Origin: Eledone cirrhosa
Taxonomy: Eukaryota
Direction of reading: 5' to 3'
Length of the DNA stretch: 64,000 nucleotides
Assembly (NCBI GenBank): GCA_964016885.1
Contig: OZ024753.1
Coordinates: 47,058,001-47,122,000, forward strand
Position numbers and translations under genes: made by a program. Shown here piece after piece: positions 51,014 to 64,000 of this stretch. Each line of letters opens with the position of its first letter. The first letter of the stretch is position 1. The notes under the pieces are model-generated. The model was not told the DNA's origin. It did not search any database and saw only the letters and a list, made by a program, of their open reading frames with translations.

Positions 51014-51994
51014 AGCAAGGCAAATCGCGCATAAAATAACGCTTATATTGAGAAAATAAAACAAAAATTTCAATGTTGCACTCTTGTTTGTTGTTCTTTT
51101 ATTTTACGTAAATATTTCGCTGCTCTAGCCTCTTATTTCCTATTAGATTACACTTAATTCCATTAAACATTCATTCTTAGTCTCGTGGTAAACTATTTCA
51201 TCTATATTTATATCGCTGTTACAGCCTTTTATTTCTACATCTATCACCTATAGCCACTGTTACGCCGGTAGTATAAGTAGCTTTATAACAAGAAACGATG
51301 ATATAACTCCACAAAATGTCTTCTTGAGCAAGACACTTCACCTCATATTGCTCCAGTACACCGAGTTACACATAGACAGATACATACATACACATATATA
51401 TGTACACAGATAGAAATAAGAGGGAGATAGAGTAAAAGATGGAAAGATAGTGTAAAAGATTTAAAGAGAGGGTGAGAGTGTGACACACATTTATCTGTCT
51501 ATCTCTCTCTATTTTAACACCGGTCGTTATAATTAGTTTTATAACACCGCTATATTACCGACATGAAAGAGGTAAATAATTATTTCTTAAATGTTTAGAA
51601 CATGTTTCTCTTGTCTTCTTAAATGTATAGAACATGTTTCTTATTTATATTCTTAACATAGCTAGGACCTTATCTCATTTACTGGTCTCTACTTTTAGGG
51701 CTTTGCTGGTCCCATGTGCCCTCCATGAAGACACACTCGCCCCTTCTCTCTCAGTCTCCGTACTAATTACTACACATACGTATATATATTTATTTTAAGA
51801 AACCTTAATGACAAATAATATAAAGTGTTTGTAAAGTGGGGAAGAGTAGTTTTACGGTGGGGTTGTTATATAGATATCGTTTTTGCAGTGGGGTCGTGAC
51901 TGGCGTATAATAATGAGTCACTGTTGATGTATATACAAATCATATTTTGGATATAAGTGAAGTTATTTAAGAGATTTAGTTGTTTTGTATACAT

Positions 51995-53991
51995 TCATAA
52001 CGGTACGCGATGGGACCCACCCACAGCCCCGGCGGACAGAATGGAGAAGGCGTTTCCCCGGAGCACGGCAAGGGAGACGCGCTGGAAAAGCCACTCCAAC
52101 TCGCGGGGCTCACACCTGCGGCTGGCCAGCTCAGCGCCTATGGTGGTGAGTAAGGAGGTAGCCCTGGGGCCGAGGACACCAGAAGTCTCCACTTCCAGGG
52201 GTACGACCGCAAACCTGTCGGAGAGTGAACGATATGTGAGCAGTTTGGCCCTCTCAGCCTGACGTGCAGCAGAACCTGGGCCAGTCGCAGACTGCACCAG
52301 GTTGCGGCTGCAGAAAGTGTCGGTGCAAGTGGCATCCCAGACGAGGGGTTTGCCACCGCGGAACGGGAAGATGGTCATGCCATCTGGCCTTTTGCCGTCC
52401 CCTGGAGCTGGGAAGGGAAGCCTGCAGCGTCCAAGCCATGCTTAATGATTTCGTTGAGGGCAGCATGGCGTGGATTGCGGCTGGCACTGTGGCGACAGGA
52501 AAGCGGGTGGAGGCCGAAAGAGTCCATGGTGGAACGGCAGCGACATTGGTGTGAGGCCGAGCCTCAGGGAAACGCCGATGCGCAAGCTATGGTTGTCTAG
52601 CTGCGTGCGAGTGGAGAAGGAGGGCAGGGCATGGAGCCAGGCCCCACTGTGGGGTTTGGAGGCCGCACGAAAACAAACAAGGCGGTGCTGGTCGAGCTGG
52701 CACGTGAGCCTGTCTGAGGCCAGGCTGCACTGGATGGCATCCCAAGTGTGTTGGGGGGGGACTTGACGTCAACAGGGGGAGAAGGAGGAGGAACGTCTAC
52801 TGGGCTAAGTCCCAGCCGGTGCCACGTCTCACAGGCGGCCACGCGTTCTCTGAACACAGAGGGTTCTGTTGTGTTTTGAAGAACCCTGCTGAGGTGGACG
52901 TGGTACGAGGTTACCGACGAAAGATACGCCGGCAAAGCTAGTGAGATCGGGGACTGGAGGCGAAGGTCGCCATACCTGATAGGTAAAGTTGCATATCTCA
53001 TCGGCTGCTGCTCGGATACAAGTCTGGGTGTAGCACAGAGTGTATAGAGGAGCTTCGGCATGGCGTAGCAGTTCCTCAGCAGAAAGAGAACTGGGTGGCC
53101 ATCAATCAAGCCCAGTCGGCTCGTGAGAGTCTGAACTTGATGGTGGAGCGGATGGCCGGCGGGTGGATCGGTGAGGGCATCCTCTTTGGGGGTCACCTGA
53201 ACCTGGCGGAGAATGGACCGCACGTCCAAGACGGAGACTGCAAAGCTTGCAGCATCGAGGCTGACATTCACCACCTCCGACTTGGCTGAGTTGACCTGGA
53301 GGTCGATTCCCGCCAGCGCAGGAACCACCGATTGAAGGTCATGGCAGACCGCCTGTACGGGCCCACCCAAAGTAGCATCATCCAGATACCAAACGTTGAG
53401 AGGGGCCGTTATACTCCGGGCGATGTGGTCAATACCAAGGGTGAACAGGAGGGGTCCCAAAGGGTTGCCCTGTTGGATCCCAGTAGCCAAGGGTATGACC
53501 GCATCAGCAGCATGTCGCATGCTCGGGGCTCCATATGACAGCTAGGCAGAGGGGGCTCGGCTGAGGCAGGCCTCGAGCAGATGATCCCAGCGTAAAGAGT
53601 TGAAGGCATTCCTCATGTCAAACTTGACAATGAGGTGGCTGGAGTCCCTGGATGCCGGTTCCGAGTGTTACGGACTTGCAGGTTACCTTGGCAGCCAGCC
53701 TCCGGAAGACATTGCCCACAGCAATGGGGCGTATGCCACCCTCTTTCTTCCTGAGAGCGGTGAAGCTGGCTGAAAAAAAGAGGCCTCGAGCATAAGAGTC
53801 CAGGGCGCCATGGATGAGCCTATTGGTGAGCGCCACAATTGCACTCAGAAGGCGGCGCCCGGCCTCAGCGGAGAGGGGAGATATCAACTCCTTGAGGAGG
53901 CCTGGTCAGAGACCATCAACATCACCGCAGCTGCTAGCTGGGAAGGACCTGATGGCGGACATGATGTCTGCATCAGAAGCCACAAGGAGCA
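51995..53991 (-). pseudogene. Decayed CRE-clade retrotransposon, variant B
   Basis: 26-bp segment present at 52481-52506; ORFs identical to unit 2. Confidence 0.88.
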
Positions 53992-54644
53992 AGTGTGGAT
54001 TACAATACAAAACCTCTGAGAATAATTTCTAAGATATTTCACCATAATTAATTTTCATCAATATATATTAATATTATTATTGTTTATTAGGTCAGGTGGA
54101 TTGGCCAGAACAATTCTACTCTTCTTTTTTAGATGTCACGATTTTTCATGGCATTCCTGAGATCATTAATCTCCAGCTGGAGATCCAGAGACATCTGATG
54201 TATGTAGGTGAACCTCAGTCATCCCACTTGGCTCTTACTATGTTTAGGTATCCACCACAGGAGCCAGCTCATCAGGTCATCCTACCCTCAGCAGCAATGT
54301 CCAGCATCTATTGATTTCCGCTCCCTAGTTATTGTGGTAATCTTCGATATCTGGGAATATATTTCTTCTGCTTAAGGGAGTAATAAATATATAGTTTAAA
54401 AAAAAACATATATATACACACACATATATATATGTTGTCATTTATAAGAGTTCTCTATCAAAAGCCTTCTCTATGTCCAAAGCTAAGTATAGTGGCTTAT
54501 TTTTCTCTAAGAACCTCTTTTGTAGTTGTCTCACTAAGAAGAGGGCATCTGTTGCACTTTTCAGCGGCACAAAACCAAACTGCATCTCATACACATACAT
54601 ACATATACATACATACATACATACATATACACATACATACATAC

Positions 54645-54998
54645 ATCATCATCATCATCATCATCATCATTTCGTTTTAAGTCCGCTTTTTCCCTGCTTG
54701 TAAGGGTGGGACGGGAACTGATTCTGGCTTGATTTCTAGAGCTGGATGCCCTTCCTAACACCAACCTCATTTACAGTGAGTGCTGAGTGCTTTTTTGCCG
54801 TGGCACCTCCACGACCACTTTGCAGTGGAATGATATGGACCCCAGTCCCTATCATCTCATTTCTACAGCTGAGTAAACTGGAGCAATGTGAAATAAAGTG
54901 TCTTGCTCAAGGAAACAACACATCACCCGGTCTGAGAATTGAACTCACAACTTTTCGATTGCCAGGCCAATGCTCGAACCACTAAGCCATGTGCCTCC
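54645..54998 (-). mobile_element. tRNA-derived SINE with RTE tail (copy)
   Basis: Copy of 13527-13880. Confidence 0.88.
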
Positions 54999-55488
54999 AT
55001 ATACATATACATATACATATACATACACATACATATACATACATATATATATACATACATACATATATACACATACATACATACACATACATACACATAT
55101 ACATACATATACATACATAGATATATATATATACATAATATAAATATACATACATACACATACATAAGCATATACACATAAGTATATATACATATACACA
55201 CGTATATATACATATACATACATACATATATACACATACATACATATATACATACATACACACATATATACATATACACATACATACATATACATACATA
55301 TACACATACATACATATATATATATACATACACACACATATATACATACACACACATATATACAAACACATACATATACACATATATACACATACATACA
55401 CATACATATACATACATATACACATATACACTCATATATACATATACATACATACACACACATACATACATATATACATATACATACA

Positions 55489-56038
55489 TAAAGACAAATC
55501 CACCTCATGGACGAGAATGCAAGGGCTCCTCCTCTTTGTTTCGGCCGCGGATGGCTAACCCTAACCCCATCCCCGCTCCCCACCGCTCCCAACCTCCAAA
55601 CGCAATCCAAAACTTCAGAGTTGGTACCATTAATGTAGGCACCTTATAGGGTGGCTCTAACGAGGTTGTAGAAATGCTTGAACGTAAGGAGGTCGATGTT
55701 TGTTGTATTCAAGAGACCAGGTGGAGGGGTGGGTCTGCTAGATTCATCGTGGGTAAAGAACGATGCTATAAGCTTTTCTGTGTGGCAAATGACAATGGGC
55801 TGGGTATACACATACCACCCCACCATCCCACCGCAAAGTGGTCGTGGAGGCGCCGCGGCAAAAAAGCACCCAGCCCACACTGTAAAGCTGACGTGGAGGT
55901 GCCACGGAAAAAAAAAAGCACCCAGCACTCACTGCAAACGGGGTTGGCGTCAGGAAGGGCACCCAGCTGTGGAAACCAATCCAGAATCAGCTCCCACCCC
56001 ACCCTTGCAAGCATGGAAAAGCGGACGTATGATGAAGT

Positions 56039-56040
<2 letters not shown>
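55489..56040 (+). mobile_element. Bipartite RTE derivative (copy)
   Basis: Copy of 14371-14922. Confidence 0.82.
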
Positions 56041-56083
<43 letters not shown>

Positions 56084-56823
56084 TATATATATACACATAT
56101 ATATATACACACATATATATCAGTGTACATATATATATACATATATATATATATAAATGAATATTTATTCAATTTAAAGCGCCAATTATCTATATATAAC
56201 AAGATATGAATTTTTCTAGGGATGGGGGAAATTTTCAGTTTGTTTTTATATTTTCACTTCATTTTTTACTTTCTATTTAATACAGTCTTTGATCCAATAT
56301 AATCCTGACAGTATTTGAACCAGTTTACCTCATATATATGTATGCACACACAACACTCAAGTTTCGCCATCTACTGCTATTTCATTCATATTTATTGTTT
56401 AATTAACTCTGGTCTAATTCATCAACTATTGTTAATTATATTATTACGTAGATTTCTTATAAAATCTAGTGCATATATACGTGTATATATACAGGGAGAC
56501 ACTGTAATAGATGTAAAGAGAGTGGGAGATAGAGTTATAGAAGTAAAGAGAGGGGGAGAAATAAGCGGTAGATAGAGTAATAGATGTAAAGAGAGGGTTA
56601 GAACGTTCAACTTGACAGTCAGTACAATGTTCAGCATGGTAGCCAGTACATATGCCAACTACCCAACCGGCCAGCCAGCCGCATATGCGGTTGACTGGCC
56701 AGTTGGGCGGTTGGTATGTGGAACGTTCAACTACGCAGTCAGTACCAAAGTTCAACATTGTAGCCAGTGCATATGCCGATCGCCGCGCCCTCTTTGCTCT
56801 ATTTAAATGACCTGGAACTAAGT

Positions 56824-56936
56824 AAAAAGAGTAGGAGATAACTCGACAAGAGCGGAGAGGTTGAGATTCGAACCATGTAAAGTCGTTGGCTCCTGAAGTT
56901 CGTAAGCGGGGCTGCTACTGACTGAGCAGCGCCGGC
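56824..56936 (-). ncRNA. tRNA-like Pol III-type cassette, unit 8
   Basis: Copy of 15708-15820. Confidence 0.5.
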
Positions 56937-57931
56937 AGCAAGTCAAATCGCGCATAAAATATGGCTTATATCGACAAAAAAAAAAAAAAAATTTCAATGT
57001 TGCACTCTTGTTTGTTGTTCTTTTATTTTACGTAAACATTTCGCTGCTCTAGCCTCTTATTTCCTATTAGATTACACTTAATTCCATTAAACATTCATTC
57101 TTAGTCTCGTGGTAAACTATTTCATCTATATTTATATCGCTGTTACAGCCTTTTATTTCTACATCTATCACCTATAGCCACTGTTACGCCGGTAGTATAA
57201 GTAGCTTTATAACAAGAAACGATGATATAACTCCACAAAATGTCTTCTTGAGCAAGACACTTCACTTCATATTGCTCCAGTACACCGAGTTACACATAGA
57301 CAGATACATACATACATACACAGATAGAAATGAGAGGTAGATAGAGTAAAAGATTTAAAGAGAGTGTGAGAAGTACGAGTTAGATAATGTAAAAGATTTA
57401 AAGAGAGGGTGAGAGTGTGACACACATTTATCTGTCTATCTCTCTCTATTTTAACACCGGTCGTTATAATTAGTTTTATAACACCGCTATATTACCGACA
57501 TGAAAGAGGTAAATAATTATTTCTTAAATGTTTAGAACATGTTTCTCTTGTCTTCTTAAATGTATAGAACATGTTTCTTATTTATATTCTTAACATAGCT
57601 AGGACCTTATCTCATTTACTGGTCTCTACTTTTAGGACTTTGCTGGTCCCATGTGCCCTCCATGAAGACACACTCGCCCCTTCTCTCTCAGTCTCCGTAC
57701 TAATTACTACACATACGTATATATATTTATTTTAAGAAACCTTAATGACAAATAATATAAAGTGTTTGTAAAGTGGGGAAGAGTAGTTTTACGGTGGGGT
57801 TGTTATATAGATATCGTTTTTGCAGTGGGGTCGTGACTGGCGTATAATAATGAGTCACTGTTGATGTATATACAAATCATGTTTTGGATATAAGTGAAGT
57901 TATTTAAGAGATTTAGTTGTTTTGTATACAT

Positions 57932-59902
57932 TCATAACGGTACGCGATGGGACCCACCCACAGCCCCGGCGGACAGAATGGAGAAGGCGTTTCCCCGGAG
58001 CACGGCAAGGGAGACGCGCTGGAAAAGCCACTCCAACTCGCGGGGCTCACACCTGCGGCTGGCCAGCTCAGCGCCTATGGTGGTGAGTAAGGAGGTAGCC
58101 CTGGGGCCGAGGACACCAGAAGTCTCCACTTCCAGGGGTACGACCGCAAACCTGTCGGAGAGTGAACGATATGTGAGGAGTTTGGCCCCCTCAGCCTGAC
58201 GTGCAGCAGAACCTGGGCCAGTCGCAGACTGCACCAGGTTGCGGCTGCAGAAAGTGTCGGTGCAAGTGGCATCCCAGACGAGGGGTTTGCCACCGCGGAA
58301 CGGGAAGATGGTCATGCCATCTAGCCTTTTGCCGTCCCCTCGAGCTGGGAAGGGAAGCCTGCAGCGTCCAAGCCATGCTTAATGACTTCGTTGAGGGCAG
58401 CATGGCGTGGATTGCGGGTGGAGGCCGAAAGAGTCCATGGTGGAACGGCAGCGACATTGGTGTGAGGCCGAGCCTCAGGGAAACGCCGATGCGCAAGCTA
58501 TTGTTGTCTAGCTGCGTGCGAGTGGAGAAGGAGGGCAGGGCATGGAGCCAGGCCCCACTGTGGGGTTTGGAGGCTGCACGAAAACAAACAAGGCGGTGCT
58601 GGTCGAGCTGGCACGTGAGCCTGTCTGAGGCCAGGCTGCACTGGATGGCATCCCAAGTGTGTTGGGGGGGACTTGACGTCAACAGGGGGAGAAGGAGGAG
58701 GAACGTCTACTGGGCTAAGTCCCAGCCGGTGCCACGTCTCACAGGCGGCCACGCGTTCTCTGAACACAGAGGGTTCTGTTGTGTTTTGAAGAACCCTGCT
58801 GAAGAGGACGTGGTACGAGGTTACCGACGAAAGATATGCCGGCAAAGCTAGTGAGATCGGGGACTGGAGGCGAAGGCCGCCATACCTGACAGGTAAAGTT
58901 GCATATCTCATCGGCTGCTGCTCGGATACAAGTTTAGGTGTAGCACAGAGTGTATAGAGGAGCTTCGGCATGGCGTAGCAGTTCCTCAGCAGAAAGAGAA
59001 CTGGGTGGCCATCAATCAAGCCCAGTCGGCTCGTGAGAGTCTGGACTTGATGGAGGAGCGGATGGCCGGCGGGTGGATCGGTGAGGGCATCCTCTTTGGG
59101 GGGTCACCTGAACCTGGCGGAGAATGGACCGCACGTCCAAGACGGAGACTGCAAAGCTTGCAGCATCGAGGCTGACATTCACCACCTCCGACTTGGCTGA
59201 GTTGACCTGGAGGTCGATTCCCGCCAGGGCAGGAACCACCGATTGAAGGTCATGGCAGACCGCCTGTACGGGCCCACCCAAAGTAGCATCATCCAGATAC
59301 CAAACGTTGAGAGGGGCCGTTATACTCCAGGCGATGTGGTCAATACCAAGGGTGAACAGGAGGGGTCCCAAAGGGTTGCCCTGTTGGATCCCAGTAGCCA
59401 AGGGTATGACCGTATCAGCAGCATGGCGCATGCTTGGGGCTCCATATGACAGGTAGGCAGAGGGGGCTCGGCTGAGGCAGGCCTCGAGCAGATGATCCCA
59501 GCGTAAAGAGTTGAAGGCATTCCTCATGTCAAACTTGACAATGAGGTGGCTGGAGGCCCTGGATGCCGGTTCCGAGTGTTACGGACTTGCAGATTACCTT
59601 GGCAGCCAGCCTCCGGAAGACATTGCCCACAGCAATGGGGCGTATGCCATCCTCTTTCTTCCTGAGAGCGGTGAGGCTGGCCGAAAAAAAGAGGCCTCGA
59701 GCATAAGAGTCCAGGGCGCCATGGATGAGCCTATTGGTGAGCGCCACAATTGCACTCAGAAGGCGGCGCCCGGCCTCAGCGGAGAGGGGAGATATCAACT
59801 CCTTGAGGAGGCCTGGTCAGAGACCATCAACATCTCCGCAGCTGCTAGCTGGGAAGGACCTGATGGCGGACATGATGTCTGCATCAGAAGCCACAAGGAG
59901 CA
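57932..59902 (-). pseudogene. Decayed CRE-clade retrotransposon, variant A
   Basis: Same split RT/RLE ORFs. Confidence 0.88.
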
Positions 59903-60555
59903 AGTGTGGATTACAATACAAAACCTCTGAGAATGATTTCTAAGATATTTCACCATAATTAATTTTCATCAATATATATTAATATTATTATTGTTTATTA
60001 GGTCAGGTGGATTGGCCAGAACAATTCTACTCTTCTTTTTTAGATGTCACGATTTTTCATGGCATTCCTGAGATCATTAATCTCCAGCTGGAGATCCAGA
60101 GACATCTGATGTATGTAGGTGAACCTCAGTCATCCCACTTGGCTCTTACTATGTTTAGGTATCCACCACAGGAGCCAGCTCATCAGGTCATCCTACCCTC
60201 AGCAGCAATGTCCAGCATCTATTGATTTCCGCTCCCTAGTTATTGTGGTAATCTTCGATATCTGGGAATATATTTCTTCTGCTTAAGGGAGTAATAAATA
60301 TATAGTTTTAAAAAAAACATATATATACACACACATATATATATGTTGTCATTTATAAGAGTTCTCTATCAAAAGCCTTCTCTATGTCCAAAGCTAAGTA
60401 TAGTGGCTTATTTTTCTCTAAGAACCTCTTTTGTAGTTGTCTCACTAAGAAGAGGGCATCTGTTGCACTTTTCAGCGGCACAAAACCAAACTGCATCTCA
60501 TACACATACATACATATACATACATACATACATACATATACACATACATACATAC

Positions 60556-60909
60556 ATCATCATCATCATCATCATCATCATTTCGTTTTAAGTCCGCTTT
60601 TTCCCTGCTTGTAAGGGTGGGACGGGAACTGATTCTGGCTTGATTTCTACAGCTGGATGCCCTTCCTAACACCAACCTCATTTACAGTGAGTGCTGAGTG
60701 CTTTTTTGCCGTGGCACCTCCACGACCACTTTGCAGTGGAATGATATGGACCCCAGTCCCTATCATCTCATTTCTACAGCTGAGTAAACTGGAGCAATGT
60801 GAAATAAAGTGTCTTGCTCAAGGAAACAACACATCACCCGGTCTGAGAATTGAACTCACAACTTTTCGATTGCCAGGCCAATGCTCGAACCACTAAGCCA
60901 TGTGCCTCC
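60556..60909 (-). mobile_element. tRNA-derived SINE with RTE tail (copy)
   Basis: Copy of 13527-13880. Confidence 0.88.
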
Positions 60910-61417
60910 ATATACATATACATATACATATACATACACATACATATACATACATATATATATACATACATACATATATACACATACATACATACACATA
61001 CATACACATATACATACATATACATACATAGATATATATATATACATAATATAAATATACATACATACACATACATAAGCATATACACATAAGTATATAT
61101 ACATATACACACGTGTATATACATATACATACATACATATATACACATACATACATATATACATACATACACACATATATACATATACACATACATACAT
61201 ATACATACATATACACATACATACATATATATATATACATACACACACATATATACATACACACACATATATACATACACACACATATATACAAACACAT
61301 ACATATACACATATATACACATACATACACATACATATACATACATATACACATATACACTCATATATACATATACATACATACACACACATACATACAT
61401 ATATACATATACATACA

Positions 61418-61967
61418 TAAAGACAAATCCACCTCATGGACGAGAATGCAAGGGCTCCTCCTCTTTGTTTCGGCCGCGGATGGCTAACCCTAACCCCATC
61501 CCCGCTCCCCACCGCTCCCAACCTCCAAACGCAATCCAAAACTTCAGAGTTGGTACCATTAATGTAGGCACCTTATAGGGTGGCTCTAACGAGGTTGTAG
61601 AAATGCTTGAACGTAAGGAGGTCGATGTTTGTTGTATTCAAGAGACCAGGTGGAGGGGTGGGTCTGCTAGATTCATCGTGGGTAAAGAACGATGCTATAA
61701 GCTTTTCTGTGTGGCAAATGACAATGGGCTGGGTATACACATACCACCCCACCATCCCACCGCAAAGTGGTCGTGGAGGCGCCGCGGCAAAAAAGCACCC
61801 AGCCCACACTGTAAAGCTGACGTGGAGGTGCCACGGAAAAAAAAAAGCACCCAGCACTCACTGCAAACGGGGTTGGCGTCAGGAAGGGCACCCAGCTGTG
61901 GAAACCAATCCAGAATCAGCTCCCACCCCACCCTTGCAAGCATGGAAAAGCGGACGTATGATGAAGT

Positions 61968-61969
<2 letters not shown>
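61418..61969 (+). mobile_element. Bipartite RTE derivative (copy)
   Basis: Copy of 14371-14922. Confidence 0.82.
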
Positions 61970-62026
<57 letters not shown>

Positions 62027-62768
62027 TATATATATACACACATATATATACACACATATATATCAGTGTACATATATATATACATATATATATATATATA
62101 AATGAATATTTATTCAATTTAAAGCGCCAATTATCTATATATAACAAGATATGAATTTTTCTAGGGATGGGGGAAATTTTCAGTTTGTTTTTATATTTTC
62201 ACTTCATTTTTTACTTTCTATTTAATACAGTCTTTGATCCAATATAATCCTGACAGTATTTGAACCAGTTTACCTCATATATATGTATGCACACACAACA
62301 CTCAAGTTTCGCCATCTACTGCTATTTCATTCATATTTATTGTTTAATTAACTCTGGTCTAATTCATCAACTATTGTTAATTATATTATTACGTAGATTT
62401 CTTATAAAATCTAGTGCATATATACGTGTATATATACAGGGAGACACTGTAATAGATGTAAAGAGAGTGGGAGATAGAGTTATAGAAGTAAAGAGAGGGG
62501 GAGAAATAAGCGGTAGATAGAGTAATAGATGTAAAGAGAGGGTTAGAACGTTCAACTTGACAGTCAGTACAATGTTCAGCATGGTAGCCAGTACATATGC
62601 CAACTACCCAACCGGCCAGCCAGCCGCATATGCGGTTGACTGGCCAGTTGGGCGGTTGGTATGTGGAACGTTCAACTACGCAGTCAGTACCAAAGTTCAA
62701 CATTGTAGCCAGTGCATATGCCGATCGCCGCGCCCTCTTTGCTCTATTTTAATGACCTGGAACTAAGT

Positions 62769-62881
62769 AAAAAGAGTAGGAGATAACTCGACAAGAGCGG
62801 AGAGGGTGAGATTCGAACCATGCAAAGTCGTTGGCTCCTGAAGTTCGTAAGCGGGGCTGCTACTGACTGAGCAGCGCCGGC
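62769..62881 (-). ncRNA. tRNA-like Pol III-type cassette, unit 9
   Basis: Copy of 56-168, including the CATGCAAAG variant seen only in units 1 and 9. Confidence 0.5.
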
Positions 62882-63876
62882 AGCAAGGCAAATCGCGCAT
62901 AAAATAACGCTTATATCGACAAAAAAAAAAAAAAAATTTCAATGTTGCACTCTTGTTTGTTGTTCTTTTATTTTACGTAAACATTTCGCTGCTCTAGCCT
63001 CTTATTTCCTATTAGATTACACTTAATTCCATTAAACATTCATTCTTAGTCTCGTGGTAAACTATTTCATCTATATTTATATCGCTGTTACAGCCTTTTA
63101 TTTCTACATCTATCACCTATAGCCACTGTTACGCCGGTAGTATAAGTAGCTTTATAACAAGAAACGATGATATAACTCCACAAAATGTCTTCTTGAGCAA
63201 GACACTTCACTTCATATTGCTCCAGTACACCGAGTTACACATAGACAGATACATACATACATACACAGATAGAAATGAGAGGTAGATAGAGTAAAAGATT
63301 TAAAGAGAGTGTGAGAAGTACGAGTTAGATAGTGTAAAAGATTTAAAGAGAGGGTGAGAGTGTGACACACATTTATCTGTCTATCTCTCTCTATTTTAAC
63401 ACCGGTCGTTATAATTAGTTTTATAACACCGCTATATTACCGACATGAAAGAGGTAAATAATTATTTCTTAAATGTTTAGAACATGTTTCTCTTGTCTTC
63501 TTAAATGTATAGAACATGTTTCTTATTTATATTCTTAACATAGCTAGGACCTTATCTCATTTACTGGTCTCTACTTTTAGGGCTTTGCTGGTCCCATGTG
63601 CCCTCCATGAAGACACACTCGCCCCTTCTCTCTCAGTCTCCGTACTAATTACTACACATACGTATATATATTTATTTTAAGAAACCTTAATGACAAATAA
63701 TATAAAGTGTTTGTAAAGTGGGGAAGAGTAGTTTTACGGTGGGGTTGTTATATAGATATCGTTTTTGCAGTGGGGTCGTGACTGGCGTATAATAATGAGT
63801 CACTGTTGATGTATATACAAATCATGTTTTGGATATAAGTGAAGTTATTTAAGAGATTTAGTTGTTTTGTATACAT

Positions 63877-64000
63877 TCATAACGGTACGCGATGGGACCC
63901 ACCCACAGCCCCGGCGGACAGAATGGAGAAGGCGTTTCCCCGGAGCACGGCAAGGGAGACGCGCTGGAAAAGCCACTCCAACTCGCGGGGCTCACACCTG
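63877..64000 (-). pseudogene. 3' end of the CRE-clade relic, unit 9 (cut by the window edge)
   Basis: Identical to 1164-1287. Confidence 0.85.

Larger units (their letters stand above)
1..64000. repeat. Complex tandem macrosatellite of TE-derived units; S ~5.93 kb and L ~9.73 kb; order L,S,S,L(+RTE),S,L,S,S,partial
   Basis: Marker GCATATGCCGATCGCC at 1, 9728, 15653, 21578, 35175, 41101, 50846, 56769, 62714 (spacings 9727, 5925, 5925, 13597, 5926, 9745, 5923, 5945); near-identical ORF sets recur in each unit. Confidence 0.97.

Noticed and set aside
1-64000. snRNA, 5S rRNA, histone or spliced-leader genes as the array core
   Set aside because: No U1/U2/U6, 5S, histone or SL/Sm signatures recognised by eye; an Rfam scan is needed to exclude them fully.

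Overview
AT-rich animal genomic DNA, probably octopus/cephalopod judging from the tRNA/CORE-like SINEs with RTE-type (GAT)n tails and the (TA/CA)n tracts (inference). The whole window is one complex macrosatellite: 8 complete units plus a partial 9th, starting at 1, 9728, 15653, 21578, 35175, 41101, 50846, 56769 and 62714. Units are either short (S, ~5.93 kb) or long (L, ~9.73 kb), in the order L-S-S-L*-S-L-S-S. Every unit carries a minus-strand tRNA-like Pol III-type cassette (TATA, A box, B box, T5), a decayed CRE-clade (RT + CCHC + RLE) non-LTR retrotransposon, RTE fragments, and, at the unit junction, a 72-bp palindrome between ~57-bp direct repeats. S units add a tRNA-SINE and an internally deleted RTE derivative. 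L units replace ~1.1 kb of that with a ~5-kb block (minisatellite, 5'-truncated RTE, fold-back triple repeat). One L unit contains a unique intact 3.8-kb RTE LINE whose 1039-aa ORF has a C4HC3 PHD-like finger inside the RT domain. No host protein-coding gene is evident; most short ORFs are antisense or low-complexity artefacts. Coordinates were counted by eye and element boundaries are approximate.
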